From a virus (taxonomy: Duplodnaviria; Caudoviricetes): a stretch of 61,113 nucleotides of DNA. The notes under the pieces are model-generated. The model saw nothing but the letters and a program-made list of their open reading frames with translations, made no database searches and was not told the origin of the DNA. The stretch spans positions 1 to 61,113 of IMG/VR virus record IMGVR_UViG_3300032050_000141, one strand, 5' to 3'. Made by a program: the position numbers and the translations under genes. Each line of letters starts with the position of its first letter. Positions within the stretch are counted from its first letter, which is position 1. This document shows positions 25,005-34,764 of the stretch, piece by piece.

Positions 25005-26060
25005 TCATTCCCACGGCGACTGGAAGTACGCAGAGGCGGCGGCCAAAGCGTTGAGATAGTCCCGCATCTCGGGGTCGTTGGCTTGATTCAGTGCGGTGTT
25101 AAGCCGCATTCCCAGCGTGTTGATGTACTGCCGACGCTCGTAAACGTCGCGCGGATTCTTCGGCTGGAACGGGTGCAGGTAGGCCATGCTGCGCTGAACT
25201 GCGAGTGCCGTTTCGGGCGGCGCTTGGGCCAGCCCGTTGTGCTGCGCCAACACGCTGCGAGCCCTCAGGTAGATAGCATTGGCAGCGTTCTCTCGCCCAA
25301 TCCTTGCGTACTCCTGCGGGGCAAACGGCACGTTGTCTTTGTCTTTGAGGTGCTGCCCAAGAATCGCTTGCGCAGACGATTCATACGACTGCCAGTCGCC
25401 CTGCTCCAGAGCCCTCTGAAGCACGGGGTCTAGTTGTCCCAAGGCCCCACCAAGGCCCTCTTTGCTTTTCTGGTCAAACGCCTGAACATCCCGGTTGGCC
25501 TGCGCTGCCAAAACGTTGATGCCCTCCATGCCTTGCCGCAGGGCAGTCATTTCGTATGGGTCGCGTGTCGCCGCAATCCTCGCGGAGTAGCCCTCCAGTT
25601 GTCTCTTGTATCGGGCAAGGTCGCGGTGGGCCGGCGAGGGGTAGACATCCTCGGGCTCGTCCATGTCGTTTGTGCCGCCCTGCACCACAGGGTCGCGGCC
25701 GTCGATCGAGTCGGTGCGGCTGTAGTCCAAGTCGGGTGCGTCGGCGTCGGTGGCCATCATCCGGGCCGGGTACTTCAGGGCGGGCTTGCCCTTGTAGTCA
25801 TGCCGGGCACTGCGACCGCCGGACAGCGAAGCAAACGCCGGCTTCGGCTCGTCGCTCTCTCCGATGACGCCCTGCGTGTTGGGCCTCCACCGTGGGGCAA
25901 ATGGCCCAGTCTCTTTGAGTTCGTCGGGCACGTAGTCCTGCACCGACTCCATGGCTTCTTGGTACGTGACTGGCGGGTTCTGCCCAAAACGCAGGAGTGT
26001 GGGAATTAAGCCCCGTCCGCGATGGCGACGTTCTGCGAAATTGGAAAAAAAGTCTGCCAT
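25005..26060 (-). CDS. Putative internal virion protein
   Basis: 351-aa ORF in ejection cluster. Confidence 0.6.
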   Translation of the reverse strand: MADFFSNFAERRHRGRGLIPTLLRFGQNPPVTYQEAMESVQDYVPDELKETGPFAPRWRPNTQGVIGESDEPKPAFASLSGGRSARHDYKGKPALKYPARMMATDADAPDLDYSRTDSIDGRDPVVQGGTNDMDEPEDVYPSPAHRDLARYKRQLEGYSARIAATRDPYEMTALRQGMEGINVLAAQANRDVQAFDQKSKEGLGGALGQLDPVLQRALEQGDWQSYESSAQAILGQHLKDKDNVPFAPQEYARIGRENAANAIYLRARSVLAQHNGLAQAPPETALAVQRSMAYLHPFQPKNPRDVYERRQYINTLGMRLNTALNQANDPEMRDYLNALAAASAYFQSPWE

Positions 26061-26088
26061 TGGGCCACCCGTGTTTTTGCTCTGCCTA

Positions 26089-26096
26089 TTTTATGG
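26089..26096 (-). promoter_or_regulatory. Candidate late promoter CCATAAAA
   Basis: Intergenic; same motif at 14192, 27753, 35443, 57594, 60405. Confidence 0.45.
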
Positions 26097-26137
26097 AACC
26101 TATTTCCCCGTTTCCGACTACGGGATTGGGGGCGTTG

Positions 26138-26572
26138 CTAGCCAATCGTGGCCCACCTGCCGCCACCTGCTGACGAGAAGTACACGGCGATGACTGCCAT
26201 TGGCGCGGAAAACGTGCGAGTCAAAAAAACTGGGCCCAAGCCCCATTGCAGCGTCAGGGTGTTGCTGCCAGTGTTGACAAACGTAATTTGCATGCCGAGC
26301 GTGCCAGAGTTCCCCAAGTCGATTGTCGTAGCGCCAAGCCCGCCGGAAATAATGCTGTTGGTGTTTACTAGCACCGTGCGCCCTTCAAGGGACGAGATGG
26401 ACTGACTGGCATACGTAACAGGTGGCACCGGGTACACCAGCGAGGCCACCGTTCCGTCAGACTTGCGGTAGTAAAGGGCGCGGTCCGCTTCGTTGACTGC
26501 GATCTCGCCGGTCACCAGCGATCCGGGGACGGCCGAGGCCGTGGTAGAACGGCGAATCTTGATCGTGGCCAT
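26138..26572 (-). CDS. Short fibre-associated protein
   Basis: MATIKIRRS...PGSLVTGEIAVN N-terminus paralogous to the adjacent fibre. Confidence 0.65.
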   Translation of the reverse strand: MATIKIRRSTTASAVPGSLVTGEIAVNEADRALYYRKSDGTVASLVYPVPPVTYASQSISSLEGRTVLVNTNSIISGGLGATTIDLGNSGTLGMQITFVNTGSNTLTLQWGLGPVFLTRTFSAPMAVIAVYFSSAGGGRWATIG

Positions 26573-26575
26573 GGG

Positions 26576-27730
26576 CTAGAACGTGCCACCGTCGATGGTG
26601 GAACTCGGGGCCAGATAGTCGGTGTCGAGGACAGCGGCAGAATACGCCGTGCCGTTGCCCTTGACCAATCCGTTTATCGCCGTGGTCAGGCCAGTTCCGC
26701 CGTAAGCAATGCCGATGGCCGTGGCATTCCACGTACCGGTCGTGACCGTACCGAGCGTGGTGATCGTGTTCTGCCCGGCATAGTTGCCCGGCACGCCGCC
26801 GCCGCTGAACTGTGCGAACGACAGCGATGTCGTGCCGAGCGTAATCGGGGCGATGGTGTTGCACACCCACCCCGTCGCACCGAGCGTGGTCCCCTCCTCC
26901 ACAAAGGTAAACATGCCCGGAGTAACCTCGGCGCTGGAGTCAGCATCCGTGGCCCGCGACCATGATCCAGCCGCCACAACGTAGATGCCGTTGGCGGATG
27001 CAGCGGTCTGGTTCTTGACCAGCACGCGATCGCCAGCCGAGACAGCGATGCCGTCGATCGTCTGCGTGCCCGACAGCGTGATGTTGGCCGTGGTGGCCAC
27101 TCGCACGCTGGCTTTCACATCCAGCCCGGACCGGGCTGCGTCCACGTATGCCTTGGTGGCTGCGTCTTGGGCGTTGGTGGGATCGACCAAGTTGGTGATC
27201 GCAAACCCACCCATGCTGTAGTTGCCGGTGGCAGTGGCGTGGACGTTGAGCGGGTTGGTCCGGACCTGCGTGTCGAAGTCCGAAATCTTGGCCGCCGTAA
27301 GCGTGGGGATGTCTGCGGCAACGAGGGCCCGGAATGACGGCGTGCCGGCACTGCCGTTGGGTGCGGCCCACACGCTGTTGGCGGACTGGCTGGTAAACCC
27401 GGCAATCACGCCGGCTTGAGCCCTGACATGCGCCGTGGTGGCCACGGTCGTGCTGCTATCGGTGGTGGCCGGAGTGGTGGCCGTAGCGCTAGAGCCCAGC
27501 GCCACGGTGCTGGAGAACGTCTTGGCTCCGGTGATTGTCTGCGTTCCAGCGAGGCCGACGAACGCACCAGTGCCGCCGATGGCGTTAATGGTGGTGGCAG
27601 AGCCGCCGGCGCCGCCAGTGCCAACGCCGATGTAGAGGATGTTCGTGCCCTCGGTGAACGCCAGTTCAGCGTTGGCGAGGGTCGTGGGCGCCGTCGATCC
27701 AGTGGACCGCTTGATGCGAATTGTGGCCAT
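26576..27730 (-). CDS. Tail/head fibre protein
   Basis: IRIKRS..AP..LANAELA, DAATKAYVD, SVRVATTANITLSGTQTIDG..GDRVLVKNQT..NGIY, IDGGTF. Confidence 0.8.
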   Translation of the reverse strand: MATIRIKRSTGSTAPTTLANAELAFTEGTNILYIGVGTGGAGGSATTINAIGGTGAFVGLAGTQTITGAKTFSSTVALGSSATATTPATTDSSTTVATTAHVRAQAGVIAGFTSQSANSVWAAPNGSAGTPSFRALVAADIPTLTAAKISDFDTQVRTNPLNVHATATGNYSMGGFAITNLVDPTNAQDAATKAYVDAARSGLDVKASVRVATTANITLSGTQTIDGIAVSAGDRVLVKNQTAASANGIYVVAAGSWSRATDADSSAEVTPGMFTFVEEGTTLGATGWVCNTIAPITLGTTSLSFAQFSGGGVPGNYAGQNTITTLGTVTTGTWNATAIGIAYGGTGLTTAINGLVKGNGTAYSAAVLDTDYLAPSSTIDGGTF

Positions 27731-27761
27731 GTTTTCCTCGGGGTTGCCGTATTGTTATGGG

Positions 27762-27950
27762 CTAGAAATTGCCGCCGTCTACCAGCGTTTCGCCAGAAAC
27801 TCCCGATTTAACGAGGTTCCTGACGGTCGTGCGGTACTGGCTGTAGGTCGTGACTCCGTTGACCGTGGCCGCCTGAATCACGGGCACCGACGCGGCGTCT
27901 GGTTCGGGATTTGGGTTGTCAGCGAGTTCGCTGATTTTGCGGTCTGCCAT
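27762..27950 (-). CDS. Small fibre-module protein
   Basis: MADRKISEL N-terminus, DGGNF C-terminus. Confidence 0.65.
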   Translation of the reverse strand: MADRKISELADNPNPEPDAASVPVIQAATVNGVTTYSQYRTTVRNLVKSGVSGETLVDGGNF

Positions 27951-27953
27951 GGC

Positions 27954-28094
27954 CTATTCCAGCGCAAGGTAACCAGCGCCGTCCTCCAACGCGATGAAAA
28001 ACGAATCCTCCCACAACAGCCGCCCGTCCTGCGGGGCTGGTGCCGCCGTGTCAAAAATGCCCGGCGGAAACAGGAATGCGAGCGCTAGGGTCAT
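27954..28094 (-). CDS. Small fibre-module protein (46 aa; not in ORF track)
   Basis: Manual translation MTLALAFLFPPG...LLWEDSFFIALEDGAGYLALE. Confidence 0.6.
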   Translation of the reverse strand: MTLALAFLFPPGIFDTAAPAPQDGRLLWEDSFFIALEDGAGYLALE

Positions 28095-28096
28095 GG

Positions 28097-28363
28097 CTAC
28101 CCCCTGCGGCGGCCGGGCGGCGGGGCATCCATGCGGATCGGAGGCCGTGCCGGCTTGGGCGCAGGCTTGGCCGGCGGCGACCGCAACTCCATCGGGCTCG
28201 GGGCGCCAGTCTCGACTGCGGCGCGGGGCGGCGGCATCTCGCCCATCGTCACGCCGGGCATGTCGATGTCGGTGTCGAACCGCTGCCGCTGCGGGCTGGG
28301 CTCAACCCTCCGGCTGCGGATCATGGAGCGAATTCGGTCTTCGGGTCGGCTGCGTGGAAGCAT
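28097..28363 (-). CDS. Pro/Arg-rich hypothetical protein
   Basis: Fills gap in minus-strand string. Confidence 0.5.
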   Translation of the reverse strand: MLPRSRPEDRIRSMIRSRRVEPSPQRQRFDTDIDMPGVTMGEMPPPRAAVETGAPSPMELRSPPAKPAPKPARPPIRMDAPPPGRRRG

Positions 28364-28372
28364 GGGATGTTC

Positions 28373-28705
28373 CTATGTTTTGAGCATAACGACGGCACTG
28401 AACGGAGAAGCCGCCACGCCACGCACGTATGTACAAGCATACAGTTCGGGCGGTGCAATGTACACCCGGCCAGCCGCCACGGCGGTTGTTGCTGCGCTTC
28501 CGCTTGGCAGGATAACGGGGTAGTACGGTCCGGCATCCATGCTGGACGCATACCATGAGATGGTGGTGGACGTTGCCGTGGGTGGGCACACGAACGCGAA
28601 CGCCGCACTATTCGCCATGCAAATAGTGTCGCTGGACCCCACGCTGGCAGCGAAGGCTACCGCGCTGGGGTTGACAGGCGCCGATCGTTCGATCCTCGTT
28701 GCCAC
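28373..28705 (-). CDS. Small beta-rich structural protein
   Basis: 110 aa; similar layout to 28709..29053. Confidence 0.65.
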   Translation of the reverse strand: MATRIERSAPVNPSAVAFAASVGSSDTICMANSAAFAFVCPPTATSTTISWYASSMDAGPYYPVILPSGSAATTAVAAGRVYIAPPELYACTYVRGVAASPFSAVVMLKT

Positions 28706-28708
28706 AAA

Positions 28709-29053
28709 CTACCCCTTGGTAACAACACGAACCACGGCGGTCCCCGAACTCAACACCATCAAGACATGACGGGCCGCGAACAGGCCGTCCGGCAGTGCAA
28801 AGCACTGGCCTGCGGCTGTGATGACCTGCGTGATCGGGTTGCCATCCTTGTCCACCAAGGCATAGGAGTCGGTAAGTTTTCCGTCCGCCTTGGCGTAGAA
28901 CGAGATCGTGATGCTGCCCGCCGCGCTTTTGCTGTCCACCATCAGCAGCGCCCCGGCGTCAGTGGACAGGGAAAACCCGCCGGTTGTGCTGACGCTCGCG
29001 GTCAGCGTGATGGGGTCGCAGATGTTTCCAAGCCGAACGATTGTCGTTGCCAT
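28709..29053 (-). CDS. Small beta-rich structural protein
   Basis: 114 aa; ISFYA...LPDGLFAA vs ISWYA...APPELYAC in neighbour. Confidence 0.65.
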   Translation of the reverse strand: MATTIVRLGNICDPITLTASVSTTGGFSLSTDAGALLMVDSKSAAGSITISFYAKADGKLTDSYALVDKDGNPITQVITAAGQCFALPDGLFAARHVLMVLSSGTAVVRVVTKG

Positions 29054-29061
29054 TGTCTTTC

Positions 29062-31230
29062 CTAGCGTGAGGGCCGGTCGTTATTTGGGACCATGGGTAG
29101 AGAAAGGGTCTGTCCGCGACCGCTCATCGGACGAGACAGGCGGTCGAGCGCGGCCCTGTAGTTGGTCGCGTAGTCTACGTTGTCGTTGTCGTTGTCCTGC
29201 TGATCGCCCGGCTCGCCGCTGCCGTACATCACCTGCTTGCCGGCCTCGCGGAGGGCGCCGCCCTCGCCGGCAATTCCTCCCTGACCAACAAGGCCGCCCT
29301 TGCTGTTCATCAGATACTTCAGGGTCGCGGCAGTCAGGAGAGTTCTCGGGTTAGTCAGGAACCTGCTGGCTTTGCCAGCCATTCCGCCGTCGGCCCCACT
29401 GAACAAGTTTGTCAATTCGGGGCTAATGAGGCCCAGCCTTGCCGGCTGATCGCCCTGCGCAGGCGTGCCAAGCAGGGCGCGGATGATGCGCTCGCCGCGC
29501 GGACCGCGCGGGCCACCACCGCCCCCACCCCCACCGCCGGCATTGAGCGTTCCATCGCTGTTCCGCCACTGCACTGGAGCGCCTGCCGCCGCAACGCCGC
29601 CCTGAATGTTGGCGCCAACGTCCATGACCTGCGGGGGCACTGGGGCTGCGTCCACCGTTTGGGTGGCCAGTCGAACGTTGGGATCATCTGCCGCACTCTC
29701 AAACCCCGGTGGCATCTCAAGCCTGCCCGTTGGCGCAGGGGCTGGCGGAACATCCGGCGAGAACCGTGTCTGCACTGGCATGCCCGGCCCAAACGTGGCC
29801 ATCTGGAGTTGGGTGTAGATGTCTGACCCGTATGGGTTGGCGGCCGTTGGCATCTCCAGAGGGCCGGCGTCAACAAGCCCGGCGGTCGGCTGGGTCGTGG
29901 CGGCGGCCTCGACGGGCGGGCCCTGCCGATACTGCGGGGGGAATAAGGCATCTCCTGCCGCTGCCTCTGCCGCCGCTTGACGAAGCCGTGGCGGGAACAG
30001 TGCGTCACCAACCGCAGCCTCGGCAGCGGCGACCTGCTGGTCACGAAGGCTTCTAAGGATTCCCTGCTGCGGAGAGGGGGCGGCCGGCTGCGTGGCGTCC
30101 GCAGTCAGGCCGGAGGTGGGACTGCCGGTCGGCTGGCTGCGAGCCTGTGCGGCCATCCGAACCATCTGCTCGTCATCCATCCTTGCCAGAACCGAATCTG
30201 GAATACCGGCGTTTGACAAGAATTTGTACGCATCCTCTGGCCGCGACATGCCGGAGTACATGCGAATCTGATCTTGAATTGACATCGGGACGCCATCCGC
30301 CGCCGGAGTCGGCATGGCGTTTGGGTCGCTGGCACGCTCGATCGCATCCATGATGGGCGTGCGAAGCGAGTCGGCCACCTGCTGTGCGTCCGGCTGGGCA
30401 GCGGGCTGTTCGCCAGTCAGGCCCAACTGCCGCTTTACATCTTCAACGGTAAGCCGGTATTGCTCGTCCGACATGTTGCGGATGTCATCGTCAGTAAAGC
30501 CGTAGTCAACAAGCATCTGCTCATCCGCCCCGGCGGCATGAATTTCTCGCATGCGTTCGGGGGACAGTTCATACGCACTATCATCCGCCTCCGTAGCAAC
30601 CGTGTTGGCGTCGGGAGTTGTTTGGGCTGGGGCGGTGCTTGCCTGTTGGGCGGCAAACTCCGGAAACTTGTCCGGCCGTTCCCGGATGGCCATGGAAAGA
30701 GAGTCCTCGGTGGACATCTCAAAAATCTGGTCTTCCGAATACCCGGCTTCAGCAAGAGCCTCATAGACTCGCTGGAACATGTTCTTCTGCTCGCCGCCAA
30801 CGGGGGCAGCGGGGACTGGAGTCGGGGCGTCGGGCTCCGGAAGGTCGTTGACAGCCTCGACTGGGGCGGCCTCTGGTGCCGGCAGGTTATTGGGTGGCAC
30901 CTCGGCTGCACGCGCAGGCGGGGCCACGCCCTGCATAAACGGCGAAACGTCCACCCCACGGCTGGACATTCCCGCGACAATCTCCTGCGGGTCCATGCCG
31001 TCTTGCAGCATCTTCTCGATGGAACGAGTGATGTCTGGCGGCGACCCGGTGATTTGCTCCAGTTCCTTGTACGTGGACGCCAGTGCGTCAAACACGCTGT
31101 TCGGCGTGACGGCAGGGGCTCCCGGGGCTGCGGGTGTCGCCGGGGTGGATGGGGTACTCGGAGTCTGCGGAGCGTCAGTGCCCTTTTTGCCGCGACGAAC
31201 CGTGCCGGGATTCTTGGGATTGCGTGCCAT
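29062..31230 (-). CDS. Putative internal virion protein, acidic Pro/Ala-rich
   Basis: 722 aa; repeated short helical unit (AGYSEDQIFEMS / YGFTDDDIRNMS / AGIPDSVLARMD). Confidence 0.65.
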   Translation of the reverse strand: MARNPKNPGTVRRGKKGTDAPQTPSTPSTPATPAAPGAPAVTPNSVFDALASTYKELEQITGSPPDITRSIEKMLQDGMDPQEIVAGMSSRGVDVSPFMQGVAPPARAAEVPPNNLPAPEAAPVEAVNDLPEPDAPTPVPAAPVGGEQKNMFQRVYEALAEAGYSEDQIFEMSTEDSLSMAIRERPDKFPEFAAQQASTAPAQTTPDANTVATEADDSAYELSPERMREIHAAGADEQMLVDYGFTDDDIRNMSDEQYRLTVEDVKRQLGLTGEQPAAQPDAQQVADSLRTPIMDAIERASDPNAMPTPAADGVPMSIQDQIRMYSGMSRPEDAYKFLSNAGIPDSVLARMDDEQMVRMAAQARSQPTGSPTSGLTADATQPAAPSPQQGILRSLRDQQVAAAEAAVGDALFPPRLRQAAAEAAAGDALFPPQYRQGPPVEAAATTQPTAGLVDAGPLEMPTAANPYGSDIYTQLQMATFGPGMPVQTRFSPDVPPAPAPTGRLEMPPGFESAADDPNVRLATQTVDAAPVPPQVMDVGANIQGGVAAAGAPVQWRNSDGTLNAGGGGGGGGGPRGPRGERIIRALLGTPAQGDQPARLGLISPELTNLFSGADGGMAGKASRFLTNPRTLLTAATLKYLMNSKGGLVGQGGIAGEGGALREAGKQVMYGSGEPGDQQDNDNDNVDYATNYRAALDRLSRPMSGRGQTLSLPMVPNNDRPSR

Positions 31231-31232
31231 GT

Positions 31233-33908
31233 TTATTTAGTCAGTCCTGTAACAGGGCTAATCGTGGTGAATCGCCGGCCGGGTGGGGGTGCGGGGGCGT
31301 CGTTGTCCCATGGGTTTCCGAGGCGGGGGATGGGATTGAACTCCTTGCCCTGTTTTTCCATGAAAGTTTGCAGTGATTTCATGTAGTTTGTGGTCGGCGG
31401 CATGAGCCGAGGCGCACCGGATTCGTCGGCGTATTTGAGCCTTCCGGCCTTATCTCGGGCATAAATAGGCAAACGCTCGTACACCTCCATGGATCGCCGG
31501 ACCATCTCCTTGACGCGAGCGAACGTATTGGGGTCGGTGTCCTCTGCCATCTGCATGATGGTTCTGGCCAGCACGTTCGGCGTAAGCCGGCCGAAATATA
31601 CCTCCCCGTCATCGGGGTCATAAAACAGGTATTTGCCACGCCAGAAAGGAACTTCCTCATCTAGAGGGAAGATGCCTCCCTGCTGGATGGAACGCTGGAC
31701 GAACTCCAGTGCGTTCTGCTTGCGGATTGCCCGGTACTTTGTGGGAACGTCTGCCCACGGGTCATACCGCTCTTTGTTGGGCTTGCCGGCCGCAGCCTCG
31801 GCAGGCTGGTCAACCAGACCCTCGGTGGCTCTGGCGGAACGATCCCGCAAGACCTTGGGGACAAACTTGGACTTGCCATCGAGAATGTTGGCCAACTGCT
31901 CCCGAAACCGCGTTAACCTTCCCCGGCCTTGGGCAAGGAACCTACGGCGCTCCCAAGCCTTGATGTCGTTGTCAACCTGCTCCCGCATGATGATGGGCCC
32001 GCCACCTTTGACGGGCTTCATAATCTCGCGGACTTGGGCTACTACTTCGGGGTAGTCTTCTTCCATCGCAGTCAGCCCGGACTTCCGTAGCGACATGTCG
32101 ATGCGGCGCTTGCCGCGTTGCAGCGGGATTTTCTCGTCAATCAGTGCGAGGGCCGCCGAAATCTCCGGGCCCTGCACGCCATACGCAGCCCTGTCTCCCG
32201 TGCTGCCGGCAGACTTGGCCTTCAGTGCCTCGCGGGCGGCCTTCTTCTCGGCCCGCGACATGCTCTTGTAGTTGGCCGGGAGGTCTTCGACAGCGATTCG
32301 TTTGTTGAGCGGGCCGACCGTGGTAGATACGGCTGGCAACTGCGGAACAAACTGCTCGCCCGTTATTCGTGCGAGGGCGTCAATATTGTCGGCCTGCTTG
32401 ACCAACGCCTTGTACGAGGGCGGAACGTTGTTCGGCCGGTTTTCGTGATAGAACTTGCGGGCTTGATCGTAGCCAAGCAAGTGCGTCAGGCTTGTGGTGA
32501 AATCCCGACGCCCCATCGGCGCCAGCGGATCGCGTGGTGCGAGTTCCAGTCCGGGCTGCGCATCCAAGGACTCCGGGTCCATGAACCGGAAATCACGCAG
32601 TCGCTCGATGAGGGACTTCCTGCGTTCTGGCTGAAGGATCGCTCGTTCCGCCGGCGTTGGCGGCGGTATCGCGGCAGGAGCGGCGGTCGCCCGCTGGACA
32701 GTCTGCGGCCCGCCGGCGAGTATTTCGATTGTTCTCTTGGGGGCGGCCTTCGGGGCGCTGGGCTTGGGGGCGGCGTCAAACGAAGCCAGATGCTCCGCAG
32801 CCATAGCCTGTGCGGAGGCCAGCCTGCGTTGAGCGGCGGCCAGTTCCTGCGGCCCACTCGCAGTGCTTACCGCAGCCTCGGCCCTAGCAACAACCTGCTG
32901 CATGTCGGCGGCGGCCGACTCTCTGGCGAGCGCCCGCATGGCGTCAGAGTTGTCGAGCGCGGCCTTAATGCCCTTGCCCTTGGCACTGTTTGGGCCGCCA
33001 ACCCGAATGAGTTCGGATTGCTTTCGGGCCATCTCGCGTTCGATGTAGATGTTGGCGATGCGCGGGTCGCCGGCTGACTGCGGTGCAGGCGCTGCGGCTG
33101 GGGCAGTCTCCTCAAGCAGGACTCGATATCCACGGCTGATCTGATCGTCCGTCCAATCCTGCCCCGGCTCGGGCAGAACAACAGCCCTGTCGCCCTTTTG
33201 GACGGGCGGCTTTGGCCGTTCTGTGCTAACCGGCTGACGAGTCTTGGGGGCCGGCTGTGCAAGCGGCGGACGGCGTGGCGGGGATGCGGGCGCCGGCGCG
33301 GGAACGTCCGGGGCAGGCGCTGGGGTGGACAGGCCAACGAGCGTGCGGGCGGTGTTCTGGCTGATTCCGGCGTTGCGGAATGCCTCTGTAACCGCAGCGG
33401 GCTTGTCTGCAAGGAGTTGAAGAAATCCGTTTCTGCCTAATTGTGAAACGGTGCCGGCAGGCAGTCGCGCGGACTCCAGAATGAACGCTGCCCGCGCGGG
33501 GTCTTGTGGGATGATCTCCTCAAACGCCAGCCGATACGGCTCCAGAATGTTCTCGTTCGGAGCCTTGGCGTGTTCTAGGTCTGCCCGCTGCAAGTTTTCT
33601 GCAAACTGCCGGACCGCCGCCTTGGCGTTGCCGCCCTCGCCCAGCGTAATGTCCAAGCCAGACATCGCTTCGGCCACGCTTTGGGCGACCGTGCTGGTCG
33701 TGGCTTCGTCCCGCGACCGCCGCCACTCATCCCGGAACATCTCGGGATCGAACAGTTTCCCGCCGCCGGCGCCACCACCGGCCAGCGACTGGTCTGGATC
33801 GTTCGGCGCCCGCGACACCGACACGGGCTGGCGGGGCTCGGGCTTCTTCGGCGCTGGATTAAGCGGCGAACCCTTGGGCAGTTTCGCTCGCGCGGGAACG
33901 CGGCCCAT
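31233..33908 (-). CDS. Putative internal virion protein
   Basis: 891-aa Pro/Ala/Arg-rich ORF. Confidence 0.65.
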   Translation of the reverse strand: MGRVPARAKLPKGSPLNPAPKKPEPRQPVSVSRAPNDPDQSLAGGGAGGGKLFDPEMFRDEWRRSRDEATTSTVAQSVAEAMSGLDITLGEGGNAKAAVRQFAENLQRADLEHAKAPNENILEPYRLAFEEIIPQDPARAAFILESARLPAGTVSQLGRNGFLQLLADKPAAVTEAFRNAGISQNTARTLVGLSTPAPAPDVPAPAPASPPRRPPLAQPAPKTRQPVSTERPKPPVQKGDRAVVLPEPGQDWTDDQISRGYRVLLEETAPAAAPAPQSAGDPRIANIYIEREMARKQSELIRVGGPNSAKGKGIKAALDNSDAMRALARESAAADMQQVVARAEAAVSTASGPQELAAAQRRLASAQAMAAEHLASFDAAPKPSAPKAAPKRTIEILAGGPQTVQRATAAPAAIPPPTPAERAILQPERRKSLIERLRDFRFMDPESLDAQPGLELAPRDPLAPMGRRDFTTSLTHLLGYDQARKFYHENRPNNVPPSYKALVKQADNIDALARITGEQFVPQLPAVSTTVGPLNKRIAVEDLPANYKSMSRAEKKAAREALKAKSAGSTGDRAAYGVQGPEISAALALIDEKIPLQRGKRRIDMSLRKSGLTAMEEDYPEVVAQVREIMKPVKGGGPIIMREQVDNDIKAWERRRFLAQGRGRLTRFREQLANILDGKSKFVPKVLRDRSARATEGLVDQPAEAAAGKPNKERYDPWADVPTKYRAIRKQNALEFVQRSIQQGGIFPLDEEVPFWRGKYLFYDPDDGEVYFGRLTPNVLARTIMQMAEDTDPNTFARVKEMVRRSMEVYERLPIYARDKAGRLKYADESGAPRLMPPTTNYMKSLQTFMEKQGKEFNPIPRLGNPWDNDAPAPPPGRRFTTISPVTGLTK

Positions 33909-34231
33909 TACGCCTTGCCCTTGTTTTTCTTCTTGCTGCCGTATCGCTTGGCCACGGCGCGCGGCATGTCGCTAGGCTCGACGGGCGGTGCGTTGCCGGG
34001 CCGGGTGCTGTCCGCCAAGTCCGCGCGGGCCTCGCGGTCCTCGTCCGCCTCCTTGCTCATCTCGTCATCGTCCTCGTCCTCGTCTTCGGTGGCGAGGCGG
34101 CGTTGATGCAGGGGCATGGAGGAGAAGCGCTGCCCGGCATCCGCCTCTGCCAGCATTCTGGCAAGCGCCGACTTAGTGAAGTCCTTGTACTCGACTACGC
34201 GGGGCTTGGCGGATTCTTTGTGGCTGGACAT
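33908..34231 (-). CDS. Hypothetical charged protein
   Basis: AGGAG RBS; acidic tract, basic tail. Confidence 0.65.
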   Translation of the reverse strand: MSSHKESAKPRVVEYKDFTKSALARMLAEADAGQRFSSMPLHQRRLATEDEDEDDDEMSKEADEDREARADLADSTRPGNAPPVEPSDMPRAVAKRYGSKKKNKGKA

Positions 34232-34240
34232 GAAAATCTC

Positions 34241-34759
34241 CTAACTTACGAAATATTTGGCTACAAGCCCGAGCCCCTTGGCCCAGTTGTTCATGGTGTT
34301 CGCCTTGTTTTCGGCGTTCCGCTGGCGGTTGGCGATGTCGTTGTCCTTCGCCAACTTTCGCATGTCGAGCGATTCGTTCTGCCGGAGTGTTCGCAGGCTG
34401 ATGTCGGCGTCTTGATTGAAGCCACGCTGCATCAGCAACAGATCGCGTATGCCGGCCTGTTCAGCCGCAGAGCCTGTTTCGTAGTCGAACTGGGCGTTGG
34501 CGACAGATCGCTGGTAATCGCCAAGCGGCTTCATGGCCTCGGCGTATCCCTTGGCTCTCTCGGTGTCTGCCGTCACGCCTCGCATGTATTTGTTCGCGGC
34601 CCCTCCGGCGCCCACTCCAGTGAACGACCGCTGCACGCCACGCTCGTTGCCGGCAAACTCGGCCTGCGCCATGCCGCTGCTGCGCAGCCGGCGAACCAGA
34701 TCGCCGGACGCGACAATTGGGCCGAAGTATGTCTGCGGAAATGAGCCGTTGGAATACAT
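34241..34759 (-). CDS. Putative ejection/pilot protein
   Basis: Helical Q/A/N-rich, position after tail genes. Confidence 0.55.
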   Translation of the reverse strand: MYSNGSFPQTYFGPIVASGDLVRRLRSSGMAQAEFAGNERGVQRSFTGVGAGGAANKYMRGVTADTERAKGYAEAMKPLGDYQRSVANAQFDYETGSAAEQAGIRDLLLMQRGFNQDADISLRTLRQNESLDMRKLAKDNDIANRQRNAENKANTMNNWAKGLGLVAKYFVS

Positions 34760-34764
34760 GGTGA

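Noticed and set aside
26138-27730. Diversity-generating retroelement acting on fibres
   Set aside because: No reverse transcriptase and no template/variable repeat pair differing at adenines was seen.
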